From Phoronis australis (lineage: Eukaryota; Animalia; Phoronida), in assembly GCA_002633005.1 (NCBI GenBank), contig NMRA01000028.1:460606-524605 (forward strand): a stretch of 64,000 bases of DNA, in the 5' to 3' direction. Within the stretch, counting starts at the first letter, position 1, and each line of letters begins with the position of its first letter. A program made the position numbers and the translations under genes. Shown here piece by piece: positions 13,656-26,743 of this stretch. The notes below the pieces were generated by a model. The model had not been told where the DNA came from and did no database searches. It saw only the letters and a list, made by a program, of their open reading frames with translations.

Positions 13656-15660
13656 GGCGGATTTTCCTAAAGAAAACGTAAAACAACAAAATTGTTTGAA
13701 AATTTCCATCGCAAGAAGAAAATTTTGTGGTGAAATAATTAGTTTTGATGACTTGCCTCGTACACGCTTTAATTCATTTGCCTGAAGTTTTAATTAACAC
13801 AGAATGTACACGTACAATTTTTCTACACCACCATACTAATTTAGAAGACCATCATACTGAAGTCTATAAAACCATTGTTGATTTGTAATAAATCGACAAA
13901 AAACACTTTGCTTCTGACGTCTTTGAAAGTTGTGCTGGTCAGCATATAAATGATTTGCTGTTTTTATCCCCAATGATGTGAATATTCACTGGCGATCTGA
14001 ACATCAAAGACTAGATGAGGTTAGTTGAATTTTGTAAGCGTATGCGTTTTTAAGACATAAAATACTTGTAACCAGCAACAGGTCTAGTGCAGGGAACGCC
14101 CATCACTCTAAAATGAAATCTTTTTAGCTTATACTTCTCAGTAGGCCTAGTTCTGGTCAGTAATGATAAGTGCATCCTGTAAAAGGAATAATCCCTGGAC
14201 AGACCCGTAGCCAGCATTGCGCGGGGGGTGGTTCAAATTTCTTGAACGGTGGACCTTTGATATTTCATTCGACTCCGTGGAGTTTTCATTAAGGCCCTCA
14301 GTTGACGCAGCTTAGTTAGCGGGGAGGGAAATCTGTACACACAATGATGACTTTCAGCCCTAGATTGTGAGATGAGACGGAATTAGTAATACCAGAGATG
14401 AGGATGCCGTGACGGTTGCTCGCAAAGAACGGGACTCAAAATCGGATTTAATGTGGTCCAAAACGTTCTCGTGTTACTTCCTGAAAAATTCAGACGTGCT
14501 TAAATGAGTGATTACACCTACTCGGACAGAAATATTTAGTCGGAGAATGACTTGACGAATTTTTTTNTTTCATTCAACCCGGGCTCAGTTTTCATTTTTA
14601 TTATTAAAAATAACTTCACTCAAGGAGGAGTTCCTAATCAGAATGAAATGAAAAAATAGATCTGAGAGTAAAAAAAAAACACAAATACGCAACAGATTTA
14701 GGGAAATTAGTTTAGTACCTATTAGGGACCGTTTTACGTAACCAGGCACTGGCGGATTTTCCTAAGGAAAACGTAAAACAACAAAATTGTTTGAAAATTT
14801 CCATCACAAGAAGAAAATTTTGTGGTGAAATAATTAGTTTTGATGACTTGCCTCGTACACGCTTTAATTCATTTGCCTGAAGTTTTAATTAACACAGAAT
14901 GTACACGTACAATTTTCTACACCACCATACTAATTTAGAAGACCATCATACTGAAGTCTATAAAACCATTGTTGATTTGTAATAAATCGACAAAAAACAC
15001 TTTGCTTCTAACGTCTTTGAAAGTTGTGCTGGTCAGCATATAAAGGATTTGTTGTTTTTATCCCCAATGATGTGAATATTCACTGGCGATCTGAACATCA
15101 AAGACTAGATGAGGTTAGTTGAATTTTGTAAGCGTATGCGTTTTTAAGACATAAAATACTTGTAACCAGCAACAGGTCTAATGCAGGGAACCCCCATCAC
15201 TCTAAAATGAAATCTTTTTAGCTTATACTACTCAGTAGGCCTAGTTCTGGTCAGTAATGATAAGTGCATCCTGTAAAAGGAATAATCCCTGGACAGACCC
15301 GCAGCCAGCATTGCGCGGGGGGTGGTTCAAATTTCTTGAACGGTGGACCTTTGATATTTCATTCGACTCCGTGGACTTTTCATTAAGGCCCTCAGTTGAC
15401 GCAGCTTAGTTAGCGGGGAGGGAAATCTGTATACACAATGATGACTTTCAGCCCTAGATTGTGAGATGAGACGGAATTAGTAATACCAGAGATGAGGATG
15501 CCGTGACGGTTGCTCGCAAAGAACGGGACTCAAAATCGGATTTAATGTGGTCCAAAACGTTCTCGTGTTACTTCCTGAAAAATTCAGACGTGCTTAAATG
15601 AGTGATTACACCTACTCGGACAGAAATATTTAGTCGGAGAATGACTTGACGAATTTTTTT
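13479..15660 (+). other. Near-identical ~1.09-kb tandem duplication across the single N at 14567, probable assembly/haplotype artefact
   Basis: 13479-14566 is repeated at 14568-15660 with only scattered SNPs and small indels. Confidence 0.8.
13836..14195 (+). pseudogene. Internally deleted pseudogene copy (unit C) of the prepropeptide gene; repeated again at ~14930-15290
   Basis: Retains promoter block, TATA and first-intron sequence, then jumps at ggcgat/gacgat to the 3' end of the peptide exon (gatctgaacatcaaagacTAGatgag|gttagt), which has an in-frame stop; the ATG exon and mature peptide are missing. Confidence 0.7.
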
Positions 15661-15714
15661 ATCTAGTTATATTTTTGCGTGTTACTTAAATTGCTTACGT
15701 CTTTGGAAATGGGA

Positions 15715-16780
15715 ACTGCCCACTACTCACCATTCGGTTCACCATTCCGAAGGTTCACTACTTCGAAGGTTAGCTACTACGAAAAGATCTACTCATGTGC
15801 AATTTTTATACTTTTACATGCAAAAATGAATGATACTTCGGTTGTTAGATATTCTGAGTAGTGTACCTAAACCGAAAATAACGCCTGGATACTAATAGAT
15901 CACTTTGGTTTTCATGCGCATGCGAAATTGCCGGCATGACTTACGAGCACAGAAAATGAATACGTTATTGCACATTACAAATATGAAGTAGGAATATTGA
16001 TGAATTATCAACCACGATATATTCTTCAAGTCCATGTTAAGGTCGCACCTGTTTACAGAGCGACTGAAATTGTTAGGGCTGCTGCGCCTGAACCGCACCC
16101 ACCCACACTTCCGGGTCGAAATTAGATGTAGTTTGGAGGCTACCCTGTCCCTGCCAGTCTTCACCAATTCAGAGAGCCCCATTCAGTCTACTCAAATTTA
16201 AAACCGTTTGTCGACGCACCCCTGACCAGTGCCCCAGATGTTGTCCCTGAGTCGTTGGTTAGATTCGAGAATCACTATTGGCGGTGATTGCAACTGAGCT
16301 CATTTACAAGCAATGTAATCAATTTATTAAGAACTATTCAACTTTTGCATACCCTTTAAATGGTTGCTAAATGGACACGGATACAATACTTTATTGATGT
16401 CATTTCCGACTCATTAGCAGACAGTCACAGTAATGAACTGTGTGGCTTAGTGGTTTCAGCTCCGGACTGTTTGAATACTGGCTTCACTGGCTGAAAATCG
16501 GGCATTGGACAAAGATGTCTCCTACTCCTCTGAGCTTCATCTTACCAATGAATATATGCAAGGGCGTGAATGAGAACCTGGATATAATGCGAAAGCGATT
16601 CCTTACCGGGACTGTGGTCATATTTAAGAAAAAATAGCTGTCGGAGCTCTGGTTTCAGATTAGTGGACATTCGCAGTATTGAACTTTCGAAGGTGGCAAA
16701 CCTTCGAAGCAATGAATCTTCGGAGTAGGCCTAGTGGACCTTCGGAGTAGCGAACATTCAGAACATGTAACCTTTGGAAA
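15715..16780. mobile_element. Foldback-like DNA element with inverted arrays of ~15-bp subterminal repeats
   Basis: Left units like ggttcactacttcgaa, right units like ttcggagtagcgaac in the opposite orientation. Confidence 0.65.
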
Positions 16781-19700
16781 TCTTTTCCATCAAGTTAGTT
16801 GCTTGTATGAAGTCTGTGAGACTGTGCATCATTGACGCTATTGGCAAGAGAAGTCTTTCTTCATTCCCCAAAGTTTTTGTTGGGTCTAGACCTACTTCTC
16901 TCCAAAAAATGTGAACATGCTTGTCGGAGTTTTCTCAATGCAAGAAAACACGGTTATAGTTAAATGTCTGGTTTTTGAGCAACGACGGAGGGATGCCTAT
17001 AGTGAACTTACCGTCGACTTGTGCTGAATTTAAAAGGACGGAAACGCACACACGTGTACACGCATGCATTTCAATCTACCAATCCACTTTCGAAGTGGAT
17101 GAGCAACATAAATATTTGACGAACGCTTTCTATTCCAAATTTGAAAATGCCTGCCCTTTACCGTGCTCTGCTAGAAAGCAATATTAGATCTCAAACCTAT
17201 TTTCTGTTGTTTTGTTTCTTGGGCTATTTTAAGGCAATCGCACCACGCTACATTTGGGAGCTCTCTCGCTGCTGTATAGTTTAGCTAGGTATAGACATTT
17301 ACGTCTAGACTCCCTTCTTACCCTACAGTGTAACCACAACCCCGATGAGTAACATAAAGCCTCCGATAATCGTCTGCACGACCCTCGTTGAAATACTTTT
17401 GCATATCAAATATCTGGATATAATAACTCATAGCTATCATCATCGTCGAATAAGCTGTCAGTTCAAGTCACAGGTGTTGCGTTCATGAAGTGTTTTATTG
17501 GGTCGCTGAAATAGAACCCTCACATGATGAGAAATACTATGAGACCGTCTTTATAAGAATAAAATGCTTAATTCAGTTTTGGCGTTTTAGCTTGCTAGAC
17601 GTTGAAATACATCTTTAACATTAGAACTTAGACATAAGTTCCTCACATCACATGGAGCCTCCGTAAGAATCGTGTAATTTCCAACGGATACTTGTGTTGT
17701 TACTGTGCTGTCTAATTAGGTTGCTAACTCTGTAGGTTACATAACATCTGTGGCAGCTTTTCTTTTAGAACAAAACACAACCCAGTTATTCAACGAGCTT
17801 AATAAAACTTTAATGAAATCGGAATTCTTGCAAACAAATTACACCCGCGTCCAGTAATTTTCCTATCTTTGGTAACATTTCGTCATTGTCTGAAAAAAGA
17901 TGAAAGTTTCTTGTAAGATCCAATAGTTGACATTACTGTAGCCTACATTGTCCCATCGTCATGTACAAACATGTAGACACGCGCTTCGACGCAAGATTTA
18001 GTTCAGTTCGTTCACTTCATCACACATTTCGACCATATTTTTAGTATTCCTTACCAAGTCAGCTAAACCGGCAAGCGTGACCTCCACTTTAAACCACTCA
18101 CCAAGAACTATCATGACCATTCTGTGACGCAGTGAATATGTGTTTTAGTTTAATCTAGTTTCATCGCTCAATTGAGACGCCCATATTAATTGCCAGGGAA
18201 GAGACTTAGAATTGGATGAAATCATCAAACAAGAGTGTAGTTTTAAAGTCAGTTGTGCAAAACAAATATTAGCCAGACGTTAGTAAAAATATCGAAATTA
18301 CTAGTGAAAACACAAAAAACACAAATACTATCAAAGCGGCGTATAACGTGAAAAACAGCCTAAATTGCAATATTCAAAGTAGTTCTCTCCACTGAAACAA
18401 AAGTGAAACTGTTCACTAGGTATTTTTACGGTTTGTTCGTAAAGATGTCGAATTTCTGTTGATGTCAAATTTTCCTTTAGTTTCAAACTTCAAAAAAGAG
18501 AACGACCTGTCATATATACTATATCGAAAATGTGACCTTTGCCCTTTGAGGAGAACAAAACCATGGGGATTTCAAGCAGGAGCCAGTCCGACTTCTTTGA
18601 CCCCATGCGTGCGTATTTATTATTGGGGGAGAAGAACTTGAAAACTGTATTGGGATGAAATAGTTTTTATTTCGACTGTGTTTCAAAAATAGTGAATCTG
18701 GCGATATTTTTAGAAACTCTTACTATATTTAAAGTGAATAACTCTCACGTTAGCATCTCCAAGAAATAGATTCCCCACGATCTGTATAAAAGATGTTTCT
18801 TAACCTCATACGCAGGACAAGAAGTCATACACAATTTTTTGTTTAAAGCGCTGTTGACAAACTCCGGTTTTTCGTATTTACGACTTTATGGCCAGTGCCA
18901 ACAGACTCTGATTTTCATAAACAACTTGACAGCTACGAAATTTTTAATTAGCTTAAAAAATTTAATCATCAAGTCACCTGTTTACACGCTCCGATTGGCT
19001 GTACACAACAGTGGGCCTGCCCAGAATCTCTGGGATCCACGTGAGCTGAATTTGAGTGTACATTTTTGGGACACACTCTGTATCATTTCCCCCAGCCACA
19101 AGAAACTGGACTACCGGCTGTGTTTCATCGAGGGATTTTGAAACTGCCGGTTTAACCCAGACGCCTGAAAATTTTTGGGGGGTGTGCCCCCCCGCTTCCT
19201 ACGGCCCTGTGCATGCATATAAACGCTTGGGTGACAAGCTTAAAGAGGCAAACTTTACGAAGCTGTGAAGGTAAGAAAGATATGATAAGTGATTGATTAA
19301 ATGATTAAACAATGTGTTTCTAAGGTATGAGAGATGTTCCCTGTATCAGCCTATCAAAAAGTGGACGAGCGTTTTAGTATTGCTAAACTTCTCACGTCGC
19401 AGTCGACAAACTCTTCACAGTTTAATAAAATCTTACCCATTCTACAGCAGTGTATTTCAAGTGAAGTTAGCAAGTAAAGTGACGGGCTTTGATTTCAGCG
19501 AATGCATGACATACAAAGCGAGAATTGGCGATTCGAAATGAAACCACAAAAATGAAGCAGATTTCATTTTTTTCATGGCCCTTGTCAAAGCGAATTAACT
19601 ACAAAACGTCTGCTGCAGTAGAAGAATGCCAAAATTGCGTTTTCGGCCGTAAAACGGATAAAGTCCCTTTAATGAACTCTGTGCAACTTAAAACTGAACT

Positions 19701-20527
19701 TTCGACCGTCTTAGACAACACGGGTCTTAGACCTCTAATAAAACAAGCCCATAGATTTATTATTTGTATTTTAGATGGCAAGGAGGAAAGTGATGTCGTT
19801 TTAATTTTAAATATATTCTGCGATAATGAGTTCAATTACAATAATTATAGTAATACTTACTTTGTCGTAATCACAGAAGTAATAACCAACAAAGCGAAGA
19901 CAAATGCAGCAGTCTTCATGGCTTCCTAGAAAATGAAACAGGAAGGAACTTGAGTGGACACAAACACTAGTTATTTTATGATTGTTCAGTGGTTCTTGTG
20001 ACTGGTTAAAGTTAAAAATTTCAATACTAACCACGAAAGTGAACTTGAATGAAGTTTTGAAATCTTCCAAATTGATCCTATTATAATTAAGAGCAGGTTT
20101 TATACATTTCAGTATAGTGGTAATCGAGTATCATAACTATATTGTTATAACGGCGACCGGGTTATACTGTTATAACATACATATATTAATAAAATCCACA
20201 CTGACGCAAGAAAGATTATTATTATTGTTACTATATAATATAATATATTTTATATTAATGAATTCAATTGATTGAATTACATGCAGGCCTACTGGTTATT
20301 AAGTTTGACAAAGAAAATTTCATATCTGAATGTTCACAGAAATATTAGTGTCTCGAAGAGCACGTCATAGCATAGAGATCTGGTTCTATGTTCATCTGAT
20401 GAAAATTTAATATTTTTATGACAAGCTTTTGAAAACAATCGCAATGTTTCACCTAGTTCAACTAACAGAATACAGTTTGCATCTCATATCAAGCCTTTAT
20501 ATTAAATTAGTAGATTCTGCAAGCAGT

Positions 20528-20688
20528 ATACATACACACATTCATACATACACACATGCATACATACATACATACGTATACGTATATATAAATATACACA
20601 CGCGCACATACCTAACACACACACTCGCGCGCGCGCGCGCGCGCGCACACACACACACACACACAGATAAACACACACACACACACAC
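20528..20688. repeat. Compound microsatellite (TACA)n/(CG)n/(CA)n
   Basis: Directly visible; the paralog at 37400-37540 is (TACA)n(CA)n(TA)n. Confidence 0.95.
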
Positions 20689-22219
20689 TTAAATAACCAT
20701 TAGTAGGTAAACTGGAGCTTGTTTAGCCCCGTTTGAATATCAGTGGTCAACTTGAGAATTCTCTGGGAGCATTTTTGGGAAAAATGATGATTTCGCTACA
20801 ATTACAAAATTGTAATTTGCGTGGTAAACTTTGGCCCGCAGATAAATACACTAATATACTCGTTTTTCTATTTTTTCAATAATGTACCATTGCTAGTATT
20901 TTTGAATTTGGGAAGTCTGAACCACAGACCCGTAGTGTGCTAACGGTCAGAACTAATGATAAGTCACTGGTATTTGGGAGTATAAACGCCGCCCACGACG
21001 TGTTCCCTTGAATTTTGGACAAGAACGACATTTTTACAAGGAGTCACTGAACATAACAGTTCACTTTTCTTATTTGAAACAAAAAATATTAAGTATTCAA
21101 AATTTCTTATGAAATAGGCTGTGTTGACCTATGGTTCGAACATCTTGCGGCTACTAAAAATACTTAATATAACCCTTGTACGAAATGGCACTTGGCATCT
21201 CCTTATAGAGTTAAAGAATCTAAATGAATAATGTATCTTATTGATCCACGTTGCTCTACCTAAATACACATAAAATGTCACTGAAACCATGGATTCTATA
21301 AAGGTATCGTTGGTGAAGACGCAAGACTCGAAAATTTATAAAATGGCGACTTGGTGGCGCAAAATGCATCAGTCTCACTGAAAATGGCTGTGACTCCTTA
21401 AAGGACTGCATGGCAACTCTTTGTGAAACTGAAGAACGCGTCGGAAACCTGAAGAGATCCTATGATACGTGGACATGTATTGTGTTCTGAAGGTGGGGTA
21501 CTCGTCACTGTCCGCCCGAAAGGGATTTTACATGGATAACGGTCGAAGCACTGATAAATTACCTAGGAAAGACAAGATTCTGGTGAACAGTCACTTACAT
21601 CACAGGGTATAATTAAAGTAATCCTGCAAGTTTCTCGTGCAGTTTGTAACCATGCGGTTTCCCATGTAACAATAGTGTCTGTGTTTAGCTCTTTGTAAAA
21701 TACATTTAGTTTACGTTCTTAAATAAACTTGCAAAGTATTTTATTTCATTGCAGATGTACTTTTTTCTGTTATCTACAATGTTCTTCTTAACTGTTAATA
21801 TCTATTTAATGTATTGTTTCTCGGTGGTCAGCTACTAGCGGTCCGCGCCTATATTGGCCACCCAGTCATATAACAATGTATGTTTTTGTATGATTTAAAG
21901 ATAAACGTTTCTGTCTCTCTCTACAGTAATTTCTTAGGATCCACGAACTCGTAAGGGCCTATTACTGAGTCATTGTCATATTTAGAAATCGTTGGCAGAT
22001 GTTGTTATCAAGAATAACTTCTGCCTTTTGCCTCCTGCTTTTAGCTTGAACACTGAGCTTGTGCTGGTCCTCATAAGCTCTTGTGCTCGCCTTATAGTAC
22101 GTGACAGGCTGACTAGGCGGTTCAGCCCTGGTTCATCGCACTTGCCATTGGCATTTTTACCTTTACTATAGTTACTCCAAAGCTGGTGATAGTTTTGCCG
22201 CGCACGCGTGCGGTATTTA

Positions 22220-22458
22220 AAAAAAATAGTTGCAGGTGGTCTGATACACGTTGTATCAGACGTGCGCAGGCCTCGCATGTGGGCCCATTGCACTGATCAC
22301 CTGGAAATATTTTTATGCTTTATTGATATATGGTTAAAACCGAGCTGAGGAGCTAGAAACCCGGCTCAAGGGTTTAGCAGTGTGACCTGGTGGGACTTGA
22401 ACCCACGACCTCGAGTAAAGAAAGCAGGCACTTATCAACCAGCCCACACTGCCTCCTC
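22220..22458 (-). mobile_element. tRNA-derived SINE with 13-bp target-site duplication
   Basis: TSD cgtgcggtattta at 22207-22219 and 22459-22471; B box gggttcaagtccc on the minus strand; absent at the paralogous site (~39005). Confidence 0.88.
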
Positions 22459-22671
22459 CGTGCGGTATTTACTAGTGTCAATGTATGTTGTGCTGTGTAT
22501 AGTCATAGGTGGATTTAGGGGGACGGGGGACTGCCCCCTCTCCCTTGGCTGCCGCAAAAAAGTAAAACACCAAAAGCGTATAAATGTTGAGTTGATTAAT
22601 TAACCCCGGTAATTGAAATTATACGGCTGAAACCAGATTTAAATGTGTGCAGTTTTAGTGTTGGGGGGGGG

Positions 22672-23285
22672 CTCAGATCCAATTTCAAGTGTCAAATTCG
22701 GAACACGGCGCAATTGTAGCGGAACTATGGCTAAGTATAGGCTCTCCCGCGATATCCCAGGCGACCGACAGTGACGCTGGTCACTACGACTCCGTTTCCG
22801 TCGTCTGCTCCACTGTGCAATGAAGAAAATTACTTCATTTTTTAAAGAAAATGGAATCTGAGTGATGATGAAAAAACAGAAGCTGCTGGTAAGATGTCAA
22901 TTTTAATCGAAGCCTTAGTGAATCACTCAGAAACTCATAATTCACTCTTTGTCAAACCTTAACTTAAGACGATTTCCAAAGCAGTCGCGTCATTTTTGCC
23001 AACACAAAAAACGGATTTGGTCTTTTAGGCAATTGATGACTATTTTAAATACAACAAATTTGTTACGAACTGATTGCACAAAATATAAAACATAAAATAA
23101 GCGTTACAAAAGGAAGGAGGTTTCGCGCGCAAATGCTGTGGACCATAATCGTGGTGGTACAGTGGTAAAGTACGCGCGATCTATCCGGCAGGTTGGGGGT
23201 TCGAGTCTGTGGTACTTGCAGTTTTTCCTATTTGACACTTTCTCCGTGTTCTTTTTGCATTTTTTCTTGGAAAATACTTTGGAAA
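22672..23285 (-). mobile_element. Inverted copy of the 6740-7385 repeat
   Basis: High-identity reverse complement by eye; absent from unit B. Confidence 0.8.
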
Positions 23286-24095
23286 ATGACTAAATTTTTT
23301 TAAGACTCGTGGTGTGTGCTAAGAACAACACAATGCCTAAACATGCATGTTTCAACCGATGTTATCAGATTTTGAAATGAATAAGCCACTAACATCATAA
23401 TTCATCATGTGATGTCTTTGGGTATACCATCCCCTGTGTACGTCTACACATGCGATGTAACTACTTACCCTAGGAACAGTCTCCATGAACTTCACATCAG
23501 TTCTGTGTTACCTCAATATGACATTTGTTTCAAAATATATTACTTTCAGTATCAAGCACACTCTTCTTATACCCCTCAGGGAAACCGGAGGTTACAAAAT
23601 CATACGAACTTAGTTGTCGGCAAGGTGTGAAATTTACACATATAAAAGAAAGTCGGCGAATTTTGTGTAAAGAATAATTAGGAGTTGGAGATGAAGTTAA
23701 ATTATTTCACTCTTAAAGTTTCAATGAACAAAGACAAGAATATTAAAATATGTTAAAAATATGCAATGTCATATTTTCATCAATGAGTGATTTTCAAAAA
23801 TGGCATCCTGATATGATTAAATTCACAGTCAATTTTTATTTCTTCAATTTTAAAAAATGTACGTCAGTACATTCTTAATAATTTCACCGGGTATCGAATG
23901 TTCGTGTTCGTTGTTCATTTTCTCCAACAAAACTTAAAGAATAAAAAGGTTTGATAATGTTCCTCACAAGAAGAAAATTTCATAGCAGAATAATGAGTTT
24001 TGATGACTTGTCACCATCCTGCATTCATTCATTTGCTTAAAGTTTTAATAAAAACGAAAATGTAACTTCATGCGCAATTATATTACACCATCATT

Positions 24096-24132
24096 CTAAT
24101 TTAGAAGACCATCATACTGAAGTCTATAAAAG
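24096..24132 (+). promoter_or_regulatory. Putative core promoter with TATA box (TATAAAAG 24125-24132), copy A
   Basis: The 36-bp block ctaatttagaagaccatcatactgaagtctataaaa is identical in units A, B and C. It is followed by a candidate non-coding exon with donor gttagc at 24202 and the acceptor at 24331. Confidence 0.55.
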
Positions 24133-24337
24133 CATCGTCGGTTTGTGAATAAAGCGACAGAAAAGCCTTTAATTCTGACGTCTCTGAAGTTTCTTCTGCT
24201 GGTTAGCATATACAAGTCTTGTTATTTACATTCCTAAAGATTTGAATACCTGGCGATATCTCTCTTAATCTACGGTTTTATTGAATTCAGCTATGAAGAT
24301 TTGAATAAACCGTTTCTATTTTGTTTTCTAGGTAACC

Positions 24338-24384
24338 ATGAAGAACGTTGTGTTTTTCCTCACTTTGTTGGTAGCAACTGCCAT
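24338..24384 (+). CDS. Secreted prepropeptide gene copy A, first coding exon (signal peptide MKNVVFFLTLLVATA)
   Basis: Acceptor ttttgttttctag ends at 24331; ATG at 24338 in ACCATG context; hydrophobic signal-peptide pattern; donor gtaagt at 24385 (phase 2); conserved in copy B. Confidence 0.8.
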
Positions 24385-24399
24385 GTAAGTATCTATGTT

Positions 24400-26605
24400 G
24401 TAACTCGATTTTGTGCACCAAATTCGCCTTGGCGAGACTAGGTGTTGTAAGTATCATAGACTTCTTGATCAACCTTGAAGCTGGGGAATGTGTCTGAAGT
24501 TGATTGTAAATATGTATTCATGGCCACTGAGGAGTCATGTCTTGGACACCACGTATTGGTGCTGATGTCATCCACCCATTGCCAAAGAAAGCACGTGTCA
24601 TCCTTGATGCACCAGCTTCAAGAAATGCTACAGATTTTCAATCATTCTTCGTAATGTTGGACTATTATTCTCAGATCACTGGGAACTATGCAACACAATT
24701 GAGTCCGTTGCACAGGTTATTCCACAAATAGATTAAATGGTGTTTAGGTGATGTCGAGAATTGTTTGTTTGTAGAGGCGAAGTAGATAATTGGATCTGCA
24801 CCAGTGCTTGTTCACTTTGAGCCGTGTAAGGACATGGTTCTTGCATGCGATGCGTCACCTTATGGCTAAAGTGCGGCTTTGCCCACAAATGACCTGTAGG
24901 TCAAAAAAGACCCATAGATTTTGATTCAACACTTTCTCCTACAGAGCGCCACTACTCACTGTTCCCAACAACATAAGGAAACTCTTGCTATCTATTTTGG
25001 GTGCCAAGCATTTTAATCAATACATGTATGCCAGAATCTCTGTGATCTATACAGGTCATAAGAAGTTGTTTGGCCCTCCTGGGGAAAGCAAACATGTGGC
25101 TGAGATTACTTCCTCCCCAAGACGCGTTGGGCAATGACGCTGTCATCCTTCAATTATAAGTTAGCGTATCGTCCCGGCAAACATAATGCCGATTGTCTCA
25201 GTAGATTTAGTTGCCTGTAACAATTAATCAAGTTCACACACCTATGCCAGGTGTTACAATTCTCCTAGTCCAGCATCTGGCACGGTATGCCAGCAGTCGT
25301 ATATTAGACGTTGAAATGAAACCGACAGTGTATTGTCAGCAGTCATGTTTTTTGACTGGTTGGCCAGATAGGGTAGACAAAGAATACTAATCGTACTTTG
25401 TTCGCAGAAACGAATTGAGTACTCAGGACGGCATGTTACTTTGGGGTTCTCGTGAGGTAATTACCCAACCTGGTCGCAATAAGTTCCTCAGTGAGTTGCA
25501 CGACACTCACATTTGAACGTTACGCACGATGCCGTATGCTCGAGTATATGTTTGGTGTTCCATGTTGTATGCTGATCTACTTGTGTTCCCTGTCCAAAAG
25601 AGAGGAAAGCTCTAACAAGCTCTTTTGTAGCCTCAACGACCATGGACTCGCGTTCATGTTGATCTCCTAGGCCCTTTTTGGTTGCCACTTCCTGTTGCTC
25701 GTCGATGCCCATTTGAAATGGATTTAACTCCACGAAGTGAATTCGTCATCTTCTAAGACAACAATTTATTAGCTTCGTTGCTCTTTTTAGACTCATTTTT
25801 TCCCTGTGTTGCTTATTTTTGACGATGGCAATTCGTTCACCAGTGATGAAGTTAACGAGTTGTTCTCAGAACAACACTAAGCACGTAACGTAAGCTACGT
25901 ACTACCGTTACTCTAATGGTCCAGAGCATAACGTGCTGTGTCTACTGTCAGGGGAATGGCAGGTGCATTGAAAATGCAGTCTAGTGAATTGTATACTAAA
26001 TCAATTGTTTTTTGCTCCGTCATCGGAACGGAACACTCCGTTCTCAGTTGCGGGTAGAAGTCCAGCAGAATTGCTTATGAAGCGTCGATTACAAGAGCAT
26101 ATCTCTCGCATGTTCCCAGACCGGTGTCATATACCGTTTGGCTCCTTGATGGCAGAATAGTCAGAAGACACGTGGATCAGACGTATCTCTTGCATTTTCC
26201 CAGATCCCTGTTAAGCTCCTTGATGGCAGAATTGACAAACGACACGATTCGTTGCCGCTGCGAACAACCTCCCATGATTATTGATCTACCTCCGGCGATT
26301 ACATTACCATCTCCTGTGGTTGCAGACCCGGTTTCTGTGGTTCTATTAGCCACAAATGTTGATATCGAGTCTCCTGGCTCCGCTGTTTCCGGTTGTGTAG
26401 AGCGACGTCCTTGTTAATTCCTTTCGAACATGGTGGCTGGGTGCACTTTACGGGTTCTATTTGAGTATCTCACAATCTAGATGACTTAGATTTCTAAATA
26501 TAGTCTTGCTCCTATGGTTTAGTATTAGGAGCTTGTTAGTTTAGGGTAGACTTTGCTGCTTCAGTGTTTTCCGGTTACGCCTCAACTAAAGGGTAAAAAT
26601 GTTAT
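24400..26605 (+). mobile_element. Decayed Ty3/Gypsy pol fragment (RT C-terminus, RNase H, integrase) inside an intron of prepropeptide gene A
   Basis: Frameshifted motifs IHPLPKKARVILDAPASRN, LACDASPYG, WTRVHVD, SPAELLMKRRL, DGRIVRRHVDQ; PPT-like aaagggtaaaaa followed by tgtta. Confidence 0.9.
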
Positions 26606-26743
26606 AGCCTGATACTTCACTGAATATGTATTGCATGAGCACATAATTATACAAACGTCTCAATTTACCAAAGATCACCAATGAATGGAATACAGTTTGC
26701 CAGTTAAGTGTTTTATCATTAATCATATTTGTTTTCATTGTAG

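Larger units (their letters stand above)
10440..19030 (+). repeat. Older, more diverged duplication unit C
   Basis: Ordered homology blocks: 10450/39360, 10680/40118, 10946/41391, 11370/23420/41757, 13700/23950/42200, 17620/49645, 17780-18900/32350-33900/49770-51200. Confidence 0.85.

Noticed and set aside
15715-16780. CRISPR-like short repeat arrays (also 5728-5900)
   Set aside because: Degenerate units without unique equal-length spacers, no cas genes, eukaryotic context; they are transposon subterminal repeats.
19314-19541. 75-aa ORF also open in unit B (36217-36444)
   Set aside because: GTG start, mostly replacement differences and no recognisable domain; conservation is explained by the duplication.
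20429-20692. His-Thr and Cys-Val repeat ORFs
   Set aside because: Artefacts of the (CA)n/(TACA)n microsatellite.
21982-22293. Minus-strand 103-aa ORF with a paralog at 38779-39081
   Set aside because: Its N-terminus comes from a SINE insertion, differences are mostly non-synonymous, and there is no splice or domain support.
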